Part shown: one piece after another, positions 1 to 12,778 of the stretch | Layout: each line of letters opens with the position of its first letter | How positions within the stretch are numbered: the first letter of the stretch is position 1 | Assembly: GCF_006345805.1 (NCBI RefSeq) | Contig: NC_043003.1 | Span: 1,240,001 to 1,304,000, forward strand | Source of the DNA: Octopus sinensis | Lineage: Eukaryota | Length of the DNA stretch: 64,000 bases | Direction of reading: 5' to 3' | Program-made: the position numbers and the translations under genes | The notes under the pieces: generated by a model | Databases searched by the model: none | Seen by the model: only the letters and a program-made list of their open reading frames with translations | What the model was told of the DNA's origin: nothing

Positions 1-473
1 TCTCCACAGCATAACATAGCTATCGTCGTTGCTAGTGATGTAGCATGAAATAAATCTATCAATTGTTTAGCCAATGCGATGTGGGCAGAAAAAAGAATTA
101 GCCAGACCAGTTTCACTCCTTCACATTGGAATCTCACCATTTATTATCCTGAACTGCAGGTCATACTGGAGCACCGCCTTAATTAATTCTATACCAGTTT
201 TGTTGTCGCATTATGGCTGGGAGTTGGTCGATGACTGAGTTTGTAACAGCTGAGTGAATCCTTCCATGATCGTCACGTCCGGTAAAGTCGTTAGTTTATC
301 CAATGTTTTTTTTTTAATGCTTCAGTAGAGTTTTCTTTTAAATGTCTTATTTCTTTAGCTAAGCACTGTTTAAAACAGGTGAGGACCTCCAGATATCAGA
401 CTGGTACAAGAGGCTGTGGTTGCTCGTCCTAATACTTCGTCTACTTTTTCGTTATTACGTCCTATCAACAAGG

Positions 474-868
474 CGGCGAGCTGGCGGAAACGTTAGCACG
501 CCGGGCGAAATGCGTAGCCGTATTTCGTTTGCTGTTACGTTCTGAGTTCAAATTCCACCAAGGTCGACTTTGCCTGTCATCCTTTCGGAGTCGATTAAAT
601 AAGTACCAGTTACGCACTGAGGTCGATATAATCGACTTAATCCGTTTGTCTGTCCTTGTTTGTCCTCTCTGTGTTTAGGTCTTGTGGGTAGTAAAGAAAT
701 TGGTATTCCGTCTGCCGCTACGTTCTGAGTTCAAATTCCGCCGAGGTCGACTTTGCTTTTCATCCTTTCGGGGTCGACAAATTACGTACCAGTTGCGTAC
801 TGGGGTCGATCTAATTGACTGATCCCCTCCCCACAAAATTTCAGGCCTTGTGCCTAGAGTAGAAAAGA
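474..868 (+). mobile_element. tRNA-derived SINE (family A), monomer followed by a head-truncated second unit
   Basis: Head ggcggcgagctggcggaaacgttagc (A-box-like) and B box gttcaaattcc. The body restarts at ggtattccgtctgccgctacgttctgag (~702). About 15 copies of this family occur in the window. Confidence 0.85.
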
Positions 869-888
869 ATATTTGCAGTTGTAAAGCA

Positions 889-1100
889 GTGAGCTGGCAG
901 AAACGTTAGCACGCCGGGTGAAATGCTGAGCGGTATTTCGTCTGTCTTTACGTTCTGAGTTCAAATTCCGCCGAGGTCGACTTTGCCTTTCATTCTTTCG
1001 AGGCTGATACATTAAGTACCAGTTGTGTACTGAGGTTGATCTAATCGACTGGCCCCCTCCCCACAGAATTTCAGGCCTTGTGCCTAGAGTAGGAAAGATT
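889..1100 (+). mobile_element. tRNA-derived SINE (family A)
   Basis: gagctggcagaaacgttagcacgccgggtgaaatg...gttcaaattccgccgaggtcgac...ggccttgtgcctagagtag. Confidence 0.85.
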
Positions 1101-1526
1101 ATGTCCTATCAACCTACGCTCACTTATTTCCCAGTGTTATGCAATAATCTTTCTCTGTTATTAACTTCTTTGCGTTGAATTAATGTTTATAATTATTAAC
1201 ATACTTATTAATTTAGCCGGCGTTATTGCTAATTTATTTGTAAAATTGTTTCTTTGATATAATTTTAAAATTATTGTTGTTGTTCTCATTTATTTGTCCA
1301 TTTATAAATATTTATAAATACAGAGTGATTATACCTAATTTGATTTTTTTAATTATTTCCGTAATTTTCTCTGCAATAAGATGATATTTTTTTATTTATC
1401 ATCTTAAAAACTCAGAGCTTTCCAATAATTTTCTCATAACAATAATAGAATCAGCGCTTATCCAATTTGTGTACCTACCTACATACATACATACAACATA
1501 CATACATACATACATACATACATACA

Positions 1527-1581
<55 letters not shown>

Positions 1582-1582
1582 C

Positions 1583-1955
1583 GAGGCACACCGCCAGTTA
1601 TGACGACGAGGGTTCCAGTTGATCCGATCAACGGAACAGCCTGCTCGGGAAATTAATGTGCAAGTGGTTGAGCACTCCACAGACACGTGTACCCTTAACG
1701 TAGTTCTCAAGGAGATTCAGCGTGACACAGAGTGTGACAAGACTGGCCCTTTGAAATATAGGTACAACAGGAAAAGGAAGAAAGAGTGAAAGTTGTGCTG
1801 AAAGAGTACAGCAGGGCTCTCCACCCCCACCCCCACCCCTGCCGGTGTCACGTGGAGCTTTTAGGTGTTTTCGCTCAATAAACACTCACAACGCCCGGTC
1901 TGGGAATCGAAACTACGATCCTATGACCGTGAGTCCGCTGCCCTAACCACTGGAC
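1583..1955 (-). mobile_element. tRNA-derived SINE (head B, tail Y)
   Basis: Reverse complement of the 36307-36690 element (ggttagggcagcggactc...ctacgttaagggtacacgtgtctgtggagtgctc...aaccctcgtcgtc). Confidence 0.85.
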
Positions 1956-2424
1956 GATTACTCTTCCCATGTACGTACATGCATACCTATCTGTGTGTGT
2001 GTGTGTGTGTGTGTATTTGCATATGTATAATTATGTTTGGTACGACATCTTTCTTTCTCTTCTTTCTCTTCTCTTCTCTCTCTCTCTCTCCTCTCTCTCA
2101 TCACCTTACCTCTCTGTTGCTTTTTCTGCCTACCTCTTATGCATAAACACATACACACGTGTGTATCAATTAAGCATTAATGATAATTATAACTGTCTTC
2201 ATTTAATGGTTTGTTTATTTCTTCATTAACCTCTAACTCAGATTAAGCCCCTCATTTAATAGTCAGCTTTAAATGCAAAAGGCTTCTTCTTCTTCTTCCC
2301 GATTTAGTCTTTCCATATAAACTAATTACTGTTTATTTATCGTTGCTTCCGTTCGTTTCAGAATTATTCGTAAATACTTTTCATCTGTTTACATTCAAAC
2401 TCCTTTCTGCCTCTGCTTCTGCAT

Positions 2425-2646
2425 TTGAATATTGGCTTCTAATTTTGGCACAAGGCCAGCAATTTTGAGGGAGAGATTAAATCGATTACATCGACCCCAG
2501 AGCTCAATTGGTATTTATTTTATATACCTCAAAAGGATGAAAGGCAAAGTGGTCCTTGGTGGAATTTGAACTCAGAACGTAAAGACAGATGAAATACCGC
2601 CAAGCATTTTGCCCGGTACGCTAACGATTCTGCCAGCTCGCCGCCT
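2425..2646 (-). mobile_element. tRNA-derived SINE (family A)
   Basis: Reverse complement of the family A head and body, ending ...ggccttgtgccaaaattagaagcc. Confidence 0.85.
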
Positions 2647-3519
2647 TTAGATGCCCCAAATATTGAGCTCCTCCTTTAGGACAATTGCCATAAAGGCTGA
2701 GACAAGTACGAAGTTTCTTACCTTTTATTTTTTATTTCCGTTTATTTCTTTTTGGCATTTTGTTCTCATTTGTATCGCTTTGTATTTCTGTGTTGTTCTT
2801 TGTCAATGGAATGCTAAAAATGGCAAACGGGAATAACACAATAAGAAACTAAAGATTATCTAGCAGTGCCTTCTACCCTACTCACCCGATGACGTGATGG
2901 TACACAACCATTGTTGAATCATATTCGTGTAGGCTATAATATGTGCAATATGTGAAGTATTCAGCAATGGCCAGATGATTCTGATGTGCCGAAACAATTG
3001 TAGTGGTTTGGGAGGCATAAGGCCTGTTCATTTCATTTTCTCGTATTCAAATACTTTTGTATAAATTCTGTGGATATTCACTGATTTCCACATGTACTTC
3101 TCTCCCCATCTCAGCAGTCCTCCTCCTCCTCCTCCGCCATCTCATCCACATTCCTTACTTCATTGTCTCTTATTCTAGTTTTCTATAGCTTCAACCATTT
3201 CTGATTAATTAAATATACGCTTAATGACCTGCTCAACCAACGGCACCTTATTTCACAATACTGTCCAATTCCAACTCCTCCTCCCTCCTTTCGCCGACCC
3301 ACCATTTGTATATCTGTTCAATCCTTCGATTACTCACCCCGCTCCTCATCATTTATTTCTTATCTCTTCTTGCTCTTCCTCTACTTCCCTACTCACCCCC
3401 CCCCCCCTTAGCCGCTTTGACCCTCTCTCTCTTTGCCTTTTAATCCTCTCTTCCGCTTGTCCCACTTAAACTTTAAATCTCTCGCACCACGGTAGGAACT
3501 GCTATCTGCTAATCTTCCC

Positions 3520-3666
3520 CTCCCGATGAAGGAAGCCGGTATTACGGTAATGTCTCCATGCATCCACCTACTGGTTATATATGTGTGACCTTTTGCACAT
3601 TCTATCTGCCAATTATAAATATTACAACTACTAGTTAATTCCAAGCTCCCAGAGACAGTTGTCGAG
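3520..3666 (+). ncRNA. Decayed hammerhead-like motif (Penelope-type terminal repeat remnant)
   Basis: ctc-CCGATGA-aggaagc...gctccc-aGAGAC-agtt-GTC-gag. Stem I (ctc/gag) and stem II are recognisable, but both core segments are mutated relative to CUGANGA and GAAAC. Confidence 0.45.
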
Positions 3667-3989
3667 TTTTTAAAAAAAATATGCATTCTCTTAGTTTTCT
3701 GTATTTTTTATACTCCAGGTAAAAATAAATTTATTTGTCAATATATATAAATATGTGTATACTTGTACATATGTGTTTAACTTCTGAATATATTTAGTTT
3801 TTGTATTTTGATATGTGTGTGTGTGTATTCATGAATATCAAGCTTAATCGTATTCATATGCATCACTTTCTCCATATCAGCTCATCTGGATTTCTCTTAT
3901 AGTCACTCTTTACCCGGTGGTAAGTTTAAATTTAAGTTCAAATCATTTGAGAACTACTACGTGTTTCCTATATTGAACATCTCTAGATT

Positions 3990-4070
3990 TCACCGGTTGA
4001 CTCCATATATATATACGTACTCATGCATACATATATATAGATACATACATGAATGTATATTTGTGTGTGT

Positions 4071-4135
<65 letters not shown>

Positions 4136-4318
4136 AGACACATATATATGTATTATATGTATGTATATATATATACATATATGTTCAATGTTTGCACATA
4201 TGTATGCATAAATATACATATTTTTATGTGTATGTATATATATATATATATATTATATATATATATATATGTATGTATACATATGTGTGTGTATGTATAT
4301 AATATATATATATATATG

Positions 4319-4359
<41 letters not shown>

Positions 4360-4373
4360 AGAGAGAGAGAGAG

Positions 4374-4467
<94 letters not shown>
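3990..4467. repeat. Compound microsatellite (TA)n/(GA)n/(GATA)n
   Basis: Seen directly in sequence. Confidence 0.95.
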
Positions 4468-5699
4468 TGTTTGTGTGTATTAATTTATTAATCCTGATGC
4501 ACACCCACTCAGCAGTTTATCAGTTTTCTCTGCAAGTCTCCCGGACACGTAATCCAGCGTCCTTGAGTTGGCACAGTGCGTCGTGCCACATCGACCCCGC
4601 AGATTTAATTACAGCATTCACTTGTTCAGTGCATAACTCGAGATCTTACAGCCACACTGACGGCGTCGGCAACATTCAATGTAATGAATATATCGGTTCT
4701 CTTATAAAGAAGTATTAACCATTTAGCATGATGCCACGAAGAATTTGTTGGTTGAGCAATTCACTAATATTCGACAGAACACCAGGCAGTATTACTTAAT
4801 GATGTTTATGTACACCTGTTGCACCAAAGGACCAACCGCTGAGATGAATCTTGCATTGTATAAACACAACTACTCTTAATGAAAAGGATGCCACCAGCCA
4901 ACAACCTGCTAGAAATAGCAGCCAAAGAGATTTCATGTCAAATGCTATCATCTTATGTAAACATTGCAATTTCTAATTAAAATGATATCGCCAACCAGCA
5001 GGAGAGTCTCTATGTGGTCATTCAGTCTGCTAGAAATCGTAACTAAATAGACTTCATGCCATACAATATTATCTTCAAATTTCTTTTTAAAAAACGGCAA
5101 CATTAGACGATATACAGGGGCTCGGTCGGTTAATGAAGCGCATGAAGGAGCGTGGAGTAGAGGTTAGGGTACTACACTCAGGATCGCAACATCATGGTTT
5201 CGATTCCCGGACCAGGGAGTGCGTTGTGTTCTTGAACAGGAAGAAGTCAATTAGTGCTGACCATTTATGTGCTGACTTGGGGAAGGTTTTTTGACGGAAA
5301 ACCCCGACAGTTGCACATTCTTGCGAATCTTCCTTCTCGATGTCACCAATGTTTATCCAAGAGAAAGGCTGCCAACATGGCTCGTTGCGATACAACTTGG
5401 CACCAGTGTTTTGGGAGATGTTGTCGTCAGAACACTAAGATACTAAATAAATACCACGTTGTATTTCGCTTAATCCCTCAAACAATTCCATCAATCTACA
5501 ACCCTGGATTAATCCCTGTTATCATTATTATTTTTTTGTTCGTTGTTTTTAATCGATTCCGAAACAATGAAAGGCAAAGCTGACTTCGCGAAGATTTCAA
5601 CTGCGAACGCAGGCTACCGGAACAAATCTCGTGAGACACTGTGCAATGCTCTAATAGTTCTGCCAATTCTTTGCGACAATAATATATTCCTCGAGAAAG

Positions 5700-5935
5700 G
5701 TGGCCAGCTGACAGAATCGTCACCGCACCAGACAAAATGCTGAACAGCATTTCACCCATCTTTATGTTCTGTGTTCAAATTCCGTCGAGGTCGACTTTGC
5801 TTTTCACCCTTCGCGATCGATAAAAAAAAAGTACCAGTTAAGTACTGGGGTCAATGTAATCAGCTAGCCCCCCACACACACACTCACACACGCACACAAA
5901 ATTGCTAGCCTTGTACCAAAATTTGAAACCAATAT
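5700..5935 (+). mobile_element. tRNA-derived SINE (family A, diverged)
   Basis: gttcaaattccgtcgaggtcgactttgc...gtaccagttaagtactggggtc. Confidence 0.75.
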
Positions 5936-6181
5936 ATTACTTACTGAAGATTATTTATACTACGATGAAGCTCGCTTAATTCCTCTAACAATTCCATCAA
6001 TTTACAACCCTGGATTAATACCTGCGTTTTTCTTTCCGTTTTCTTTAATCGATTCCGAAAGAATGAAAGACAAAGTACCATGGTCGATTCATTCGACTAA
6101 AATAATTCTCAAAGCCTCATTTGAATGAAATGTAAACATGCCACTAAATATATTCGCCCTTATTTCATATTCATATATCCA

Positions 6182-6417
6182 TATATATTTCTTTACTACC
6201 CACAAGGGGCTAAACACAGAGGGGACAAACAAGGACAGACAAACGGATTAAGTCGATTACATCGACCCCAGTGCGTAACTGGTACTTAATTTATCGACCC
6301 CGAAAGGATGAAAGGCAAAGTCGACCTCGGCAGAATTTGAACTCGGAACGTAACGACAGACGAAATACGGCTACACATTTCGCCCGGAGTGCTAACGTTT
6401 CTACCAGCTCGCCGCCT
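6182..6417 (-). mobile_element. tRNA-derived SINE (family A)
   Basis: Reverse complement of the 474-700 unit. Confidence 0.85.
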
Positions 6418-7029
6418 TCATATATCCATATAAATAGATGAATTCATCGGTCCTTTCACACGTCATGTTTTTCAGCCTACAAGTGACCGAAAACCACTTT
6501 CCTCACCAAACAAGCTTCATGAAGTTGCCAGTTTAGTCCCCGACGTCCCGACCACGCAACAGGTTGCACTATCAGAAAATTACTATTTTTAAATCTCACA
6601 ACGTGAGATATTCAGCAACAGTACTTTGGAGTAAAGATTGTTTGCCAGCATAACATGGCAGTCTTGGTTTAGGACGAATGTTGCTGTAATTTAGCCCCAG
6701 GAGACATCGTCTCCAGCTGGCTATACGACACGATCTGTGTCCTTATATTTTCGAACAAGGGAATCTAGCACCCCCACTCAGCTCAAAACAATATCTGTGT
6801 ATCATGATTTCCAGGTTATTTCCCTTCATCAGCACAGAATAATTGTTCGGCTAGAGGTGGCGCTGCCAAATTCCCGTTCGAAAAATACAGTTTTCAAAGT
6901 GACAATTAGTCTCTTGTTCAAGAATATAAGGATATAGATCGTGTCGTATAACCAGCTGTGTGTATATATGTATATATATATATGTGTGTAAACATGTGTA
7001 TATCTTTCTAGTTGGAATTTACAAAAAAA

Positions 7030-7150
7030 AAAAAAAGACGAGTGTGTAAACAACAAACAGATGTATTAGTTTAACGCTCGAAAAGGTGAGAAAGTCTTTT
7101 ACGTTTCGAGTCTACGCTCTTCGACAGAAAAGAACACGAGGAAATAAGCA
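7030..7150 (-). mobile_element. Penelope-like terminal repeat fragment with minimal hammerhead-like motif
   Basis: Minus strand reads cttttCTGTCGAAGAGCgtagACTCGAAACGTAAAAG...gagcgttaaactaatacatc. Homologous to 32520-32650, 57545-57725 and 57905-58040. Confidence 0.55.
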
Positions 7151-7184
7151 GAGACAGAAAAATGTGTGTGTGTGTGTGTGTATG

Positions 7185-7800
7185 CATGTGTGCATGTATG
7201 TATGTATGTATGTATGTATGTATGTATGTATGTATGTATGTATGTATGTATGCATGTATGGTTGGATGGATAGACGTATGTATGGCTGCATGTATGTATG
7301 CATGTATGCATATATAGATGGATGTATGTATGCATACATACATGCATGTATGTATACATGTATGTATGCATACATGCATGCATGCATGTATGTATACATA
7401 TATGTGTACATGTATTTATGCATGCATGTATGCATGTACGTATGTATGTATGTATGTATGTGTCATTATTCAGTTTTATTTCAAGATTTCTTACCAACAG
7501 AGAAAGAATCGGTTTCTAACCCAGATCCAAGGCTCCTTCTTTGGAATTTCAACATCAGCAACAGGGTATTTTTGTATGTATGTATGTATGTATGTATGTA
7601 TGTATGTATGTATGTATGTATGTATGTATGTATGTAGTTAGGTAGGTAGGTAGGAAGGTAGGTAGGTAGGTAGGTAGGTAGGTAGGTAGGTAGATAGGTA
7701 GGTAGGTAGGTAGGTAGGTAGGTAGATAGGTAGGTAGGTAGGTAGGTAGGTAGGTAGGTATACATGTACGTAGGTATGTATGTATGTATCTATCTATCTA
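7185..7800. repeat. (ATGT)n/(AGGT)n microsatellite array with an embedded 113-bp element (7461-7573)
   Basis: Seen directly. The embedded element recurs at 16068-16179. Confidence 0.9.
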
Positions 7801-7839
7801 TGTGTGTGCATGTATTTATGTATGTATGTGACTTTTATC

Positions 7840-8045
7840 CTTTTATCTTCTCCTTGTTGCAGCCATTAGATGCGGCCATGTTGGGGCACCGCCTTGAAGA
7901 ACATTTTAGTCGAATGCATCGATCCCAGGACTTATGTTGTTTTACGTCTATCGGTTTGATTTTGCCGAACCGCTAAATTATGGGGGCGTAAATAAACCAA
8001 CACCAGTTGTCAAGCGGTGACGGGGGACAAACACAAACGCAAAGA
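7840..8045 (-). mobile_element. SINE family C, 3' half
   Basis: Reverse complement of the tail aaggcggtgccccaacatggccgcatctaatggctg; homologous to 61320-61500. Confidence 0.75.
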
Positions 8046-8052
8046 CGTGTAC

Positions 8053-8101
<49 letters not shown>

Positions 8102-8887
8102 CAACGCGCGTATATATATAGTGTATGTGTGTCTGTGTATGTATGTATGTACGTATGTATGTATATAAAAAATACAAAAAAAGGGACAATAACGCAAAAA
8201 ATCAAGACAGGTGATACAAAAAAGGACAACAAGACATCCCGACTGTTTGATGAAACAAAAAGGGGACAAGAACGGGTCATTCGGAGTTTTCTTTCGTCAG
8301 TCGAGTTCCAGATTATCTCTGCAGTTTCGGCTAGTTATACTCGAGACTGCTCCAATCTGGCCAGCCCCAAGGAAAATCTAAGCTAAGAACACTAGGTCCC
8401 TTGGAAGAAAGCAGCGAATGTATACGAAAACAAGGACATCCGATGAAAAAAGGGTGAGCATTGGTACATTGAAGACATGCTGCTTGTGTAGGACACGTAG
8501 GTAGGAGTGATTTAGGCACTATTTCTAGCAAGTTATATGACCATCTGTTGTAACCTATGCTAAACAACATGTCGTGACTGAAGCTCTGAAAGACAATAGC
8601 ATCGTGACATAAGGACAGAAAAATTTCTGTATTTTTCTCTGCAGTGAGATCTTGTCTGGATGCGGGGGCGGAGATAAACAATTGAAATGGTTGAAAAATA
8701 TTTCCATTCTTGAATATTTTCGTTCTTCCTTGCTCCAGACGAGTCATTTGTTTTGTTTACGTTCCCCAGTTTATATCGTTCGCCTCTGGGGAACGAAGTA
8801 ATATTTAGATGTAGATTGTATTCTATAATTTATACTGTTTTAAAATATAGAAAGAGAGAGAGAGAGAGAAAAAAGAGAGAGACAGGT

Positions 8888-8933
<46 letters not shown>

Positions 8934-9021
8934 TGTGTGAGCATTGAGTATATTTCTTAGTTTTCTTGTAAATAAAAGTCGAATGTCATTATAAAAAAAG
9001 ATACAGAAACAAATTCAATAG

Positions 9022-9410
9022 TGTAGGTGCAGGTGTGAGTGTGTGGTAGGAGGTTTGTCTTCCAACTATATGGTTCCGGGTTCATTCCCTGTGCGTGGCG
9101 CATTGGACGAGCGTCTTCTGCTATAGCCACGGGACAACTTATTTGCTAGACGGAAATTGAGAGAACCCCGTCGTAAATGTGTGTGTGTGTGTGTGTATGT
9201 ATTCGTGTCTCAGTTTGTCCCCCACTACTGCTTGGCAACCGGTGTTGGTATGTTTACGTCCCTCTAAGTTAGCGGTTCGACAAAAGAGACCAAGAGAGTA
9301 AGTATCAAGCTTTAAAAAAATAATAAATATAGGGGTCAATTCATTCGACTAAGAATTCTTCCAGGCGCAGCTCCAGCATGAGCGCGATCCAGTGATTAAA
9401 ACAAGCAAAA
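9022..9410 (+). mobile_element. tRNA-derived CORE-like SINE (family C)
   Basis: Homologous along its length to 61125-61515, with an internal (GT)n. Confidence 0.75.
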
Positions 9411-9664
9411 GTATAATACAGACGAAAGAAATTTAAAATATTTCACCCCCCCCCCCATGTGGTTACAAGAAGGATCGGCTGAGCGGTTTCTCTACAGAGA
9501 TATATTCTTCTGTTTTCTGCGTTTCTAATCTTCTGTATCTCGTAAAAAGAAATAAGTGGGTAAGAAATGCCTTCTTTTCCTCGACAGTGCTGTGTCGAGT
9601 CCATGGACATATATATGGGGCCAGTTACCCTGTTTCCAATGCATATAAGTGACTGCGTCAAGAA

Positions 9665-9963
9665 CTTTCTTTTCTACTCTAGGCACAAGGCCCGAAATTT
9701 TAGAAGAGGGGGCCAGTCGATTAGATCGACCCCAGTGCGCAACTGGTACTTAATTTATCGACCACTAAAGGATGAAAGGCAAAGTCGACCTCGGCAGAAT
9801 TTGAACTCAGAACGTAAAGACAGACGAAATACCGCTAACCATTTCGCCCGGCGTCCTATCGTTTCTTCTTTCTTTATTACCCACAAGGGGCTAAACATAG
9901 AGGGGACAAACAAGGACAGACAAACGGATTAAGTCGATTACGTCGACCCCAGTGCGCAACTGG
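9665..9963 (-). mobile_element. SINE family A tandem pieces
   Basis: Reverse complement of the family A body (9665-9850) plus a truncated unit (9870-9963). Confidence 0.8.
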
Positions 9964-10200
9964 AAAATTCCTGGAAAATTTCGAGGATTTCCTGGAAAGT
10001 TTCGAGGATTTGACTTCTCGGGGAGTTCCGAGGATTTTACTTCCTGGAAAATTCCGAGAGCATCCTGGAAAGTTCCGAGGATTTGACTTGATGGAAAATT
10101 CCGAGGGTTTCCCAGAAAATTCCTGAGCATTTGACTTCCTGCAAAATTTCGAGGATTCCCTGGAAAGTTCCGACGATTTGACTTCCTGGAAAGTTCCGAG
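9960..10200. repeat. Degenerate minisatellite (ttcctggaaagttccgaggatttgac-like, 20-26 bp units)
   Basis: About 10 variant copies of the ggaaa(g/a)ttccgagg motif. Confidence 0.85.
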
Positions 10201-10388
10201 TGTCGGTGGCACGTAAAAGCACCCACTACACTCTCGGAGTGGTTGGCGTTAGGAAGGGCATCAAGCTGCAGAAACTCTGCCAGATCAAGATTGGAGCCTG
10301 GTGCAGCCATCTGGTTCGCCAGTCCTCAGTCAAATCGTCCAACCCATGCTAGCATGGAAAGTGGATGTTAAACGATGATGATGATGAT
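10201..10388 (+). mobile_element. SINE 3' half with (GAT)n tail
   Basis: ...aacccatgctagcatggaaagtggatgttaaacgatgatgatgatgat; a 3'-terminal simple-repeat tail typical of retroposons. Confidence 0.65.
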
Positions 10389-10925
10389 ATACATATATAT
10401 ATATATATATATATACACGTCAAAGGTAGAGTAGTACAATTGTTTCATGCTACTTCATTTTATTAAACACTTCCCATCTCTACCCCTTCCTATAGGAGTA
10501 ATTACAACCGTGTTTCGTGGTCTGTTACCACAACAGCTCCTTTATAGGATCCAGTTAGCTCGAAACATCGTCAGGAGGAATCACGTCCGGTTTCGGCCCC
10601 TACTCCTCTACCGTTTTGACGTGGAGGCCCTTTCGGAGGTGTCTTCAGCTCTGGTGTTGGGTGCATGTCTTCTTTCTTCTGTTCCCTGGTCTCTTCGATG
10701 TATCATCAGCGAGTGTCAGCTGGTGACTGACTGTCTTGTCAAAATTTCTCCCTTTAAATACCTGCCGCATAGGCTCCAGCAGGCAGCCCTGGAAAGTTGT
10801 CACGTGACATTGTCTCACCTTAACTGACTAGTGAAGGCGCGTAGTTTCAGCACGCGCTTTTTCTAAACGACCATCACCTGTCAGTCAGCGAAGCTGCTTC
10901 AGTCAGCTTGTCTCACCTAATGATG

Positions 10926-11860
10926 TTATTTCCCGTCGGCGTGTTTATGACTTTCAAGCCATTTTCGGTCTTCCCGCTTCAGCCATATATAGAAGCTGGC
11001 TTTTTCTACCGCCTCCCGTACTCTCCTTATTAGTTTACGCAACTCGGGGCGAGAAAAAACAAATCTTCTTTCGAAAAGCGTTGTCATTTTCTTTTCAATG
11101 AAGCCCCTAGCCCCCACTGCCAGGTGATAATATTCGACATTCCATCCCTGTTCTCTGCATTCTTCGATTAGCTTTTCATACCTCTTCTCCTTACGTTCCT
11201 CTGCGTTGCCGATGTTCTCTTCCCAAGGTACTGTCAGTTCTTGTAAAATTCCCATTCTCCGGTCTCTGTTCCATAGAACTAAATCCGTTTTTTTTGTTGT
11301 TTTTATTAGTGGGAAAATTACTTGTCTTTCCAAGTCCGTGGCCAGCTCCCAGTATCCCTTCCATCTTTCGTCCATCTCGTATACTTTACTTGTAGGCCTG
11401 GTTTTATAACCTTTTCCCTCCTTGTGGAAGTATACTTTCCTGCGCTTTTCTACTTTTGGGTACTCTCCCCTATTGTACCTCTCGATCTTATCCTTGAGTG
11501 CTGCGCTTATGACGCCGAGGACTTGATTATGCGTCATGTATATCTTTCAAGTGCTAGTCTGCAATTTGACAGAACAGGTCTAACCGTCGCTTTCTCTCCG
11601 CATCTACACTCATCGGTTGTTTTTATGTTCCACCGGACTAAGTTCGCCGGTGAGGGTAGAACGTCGAAGGTAGACTTGATCAGGAAGGATGTTCTTGCTT
11701 GTTCCCAAGCGCATATTCCTCCCATCTCAGGCACTGTCCCTGTTGACTGCATTGCACCAAATATACATTTCGCCTTTCTTATTTCTCACTTCGTATACCA
11801 CTGCCTCCCTCATCTCTTTTACACTGCTCTTGCAAAATGGCCTGAAATTTTGCGACCCTA
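10926..11860 (-). mobile_element. 5'-truncated R2-group (HERO-like) non-LTR retrotransposon: CCHC zinc knuckle and restriction-like endonuclease domain, disrupted
   Basis: Translation gives VQCSQQGQCLRWE; EQARTSFLIKSTFDVLPSPANLVRW; CRCGEK..VLSNC..ERYT*RHNQVL; TDLVLW...QELTVPWEENI...KRYEKL...LAVGARG (ORFs 11534-11752 and 10926-11537). Confidence 0.85.
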
Positions 11861-11960
11861 GGCCTAGGCAGTGGTATACGAAGTGAGAAAGAAGAAAGGT
11901 GAAATGTACATTTGGTGCAATGCAGTCAACAGGGACAGTGCCTAAGATGGGCGGAATATG
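11712..11960. repeat. Inverted repeat with 95-bp arms (11712-11806 and 11866-11960) and a 59-bp spacer
   Basis: The arms are reverse complements with 5 mismatches by manual alignment. Confidence 0.95.
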
Positions 11961-12009
11961 TGATCAACCGAAGAATATCATGGAGGGAACTTTGCGCTTT
12001 TATATATTA

Positions 12010-12175
12010 GATACAACGGGCTTCTTTCAGTTTCCGTCTACCAGATCCACTCACTAGGCTTTGGTCGGTCCGAAGCTATAGTAAAAAGCACTTGCTCAAG
12101 CTGCCACACAGGGCTACTGAACCCGGAAGCCTACGGTTGGGTAGCAAGCTTCTTAACAGACGGCCACGCCTGCGA
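12010..12175 (-). mobile_element. SINE family C, 5' half
   Basis: Reverse complement of the head and CORE-like segment (cttgagcaagtgctttttactatagcttcgg). Confidence 0.75.
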
Positions 12176-12688
12176 CTATTTTGTTGATAGAATTTATCTG
12201 CAATGAATTGGTTATACTACTGCAATGCACAAAATATCTTAACATTTTTCTTATAAAATTCCAGGGTTTTGTTAAGCCTGGAATAGTTGTGAGGCTCCAG
12301 AAGATTAAAATAGGAATCAAATGGACCCAAAAGTAAAATATTGTTGAAAACCACTGCTTTAAATATACAATTGAAATTTGCTGGGCATTATGAAAGCTCG
12401 ATATCTTTGAACAGATTTGGATCTGCAGTAATCAATTTGAGGCAGAGATAAATAAACAAACGATGTTGTAGCATGGAAGTCTAGATTTACTTACGGAGAC
12501 AGCGACTGGGTATCGCCTGAGGAGATGCATAGAGAGCTTCTTGTACAGGTAAATCGTGAAATAAACTTAATTTAAATTTAACTTTAAATCCTGTATATAC
12601 GAGGATCTGTAAGTATCGAAACATTTGATAGTGATTAAAAAGCTGCCTAAGCGTACTTACTCTTCCTTTTGACTCTTTTACTTTTTAC

Positions 12689-12771
<83 letters not shown>

Positions 12772-12778
<7 letters not shown>

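Noticed and set aside
10470-10580. Hammerhead-like CTGACGA...GAAAC...GTA on the minus strand downstream of the HERO-like ORF
   Set aside because: Stems I and II do not pair next to the core, so at most this is a decayed remnant.
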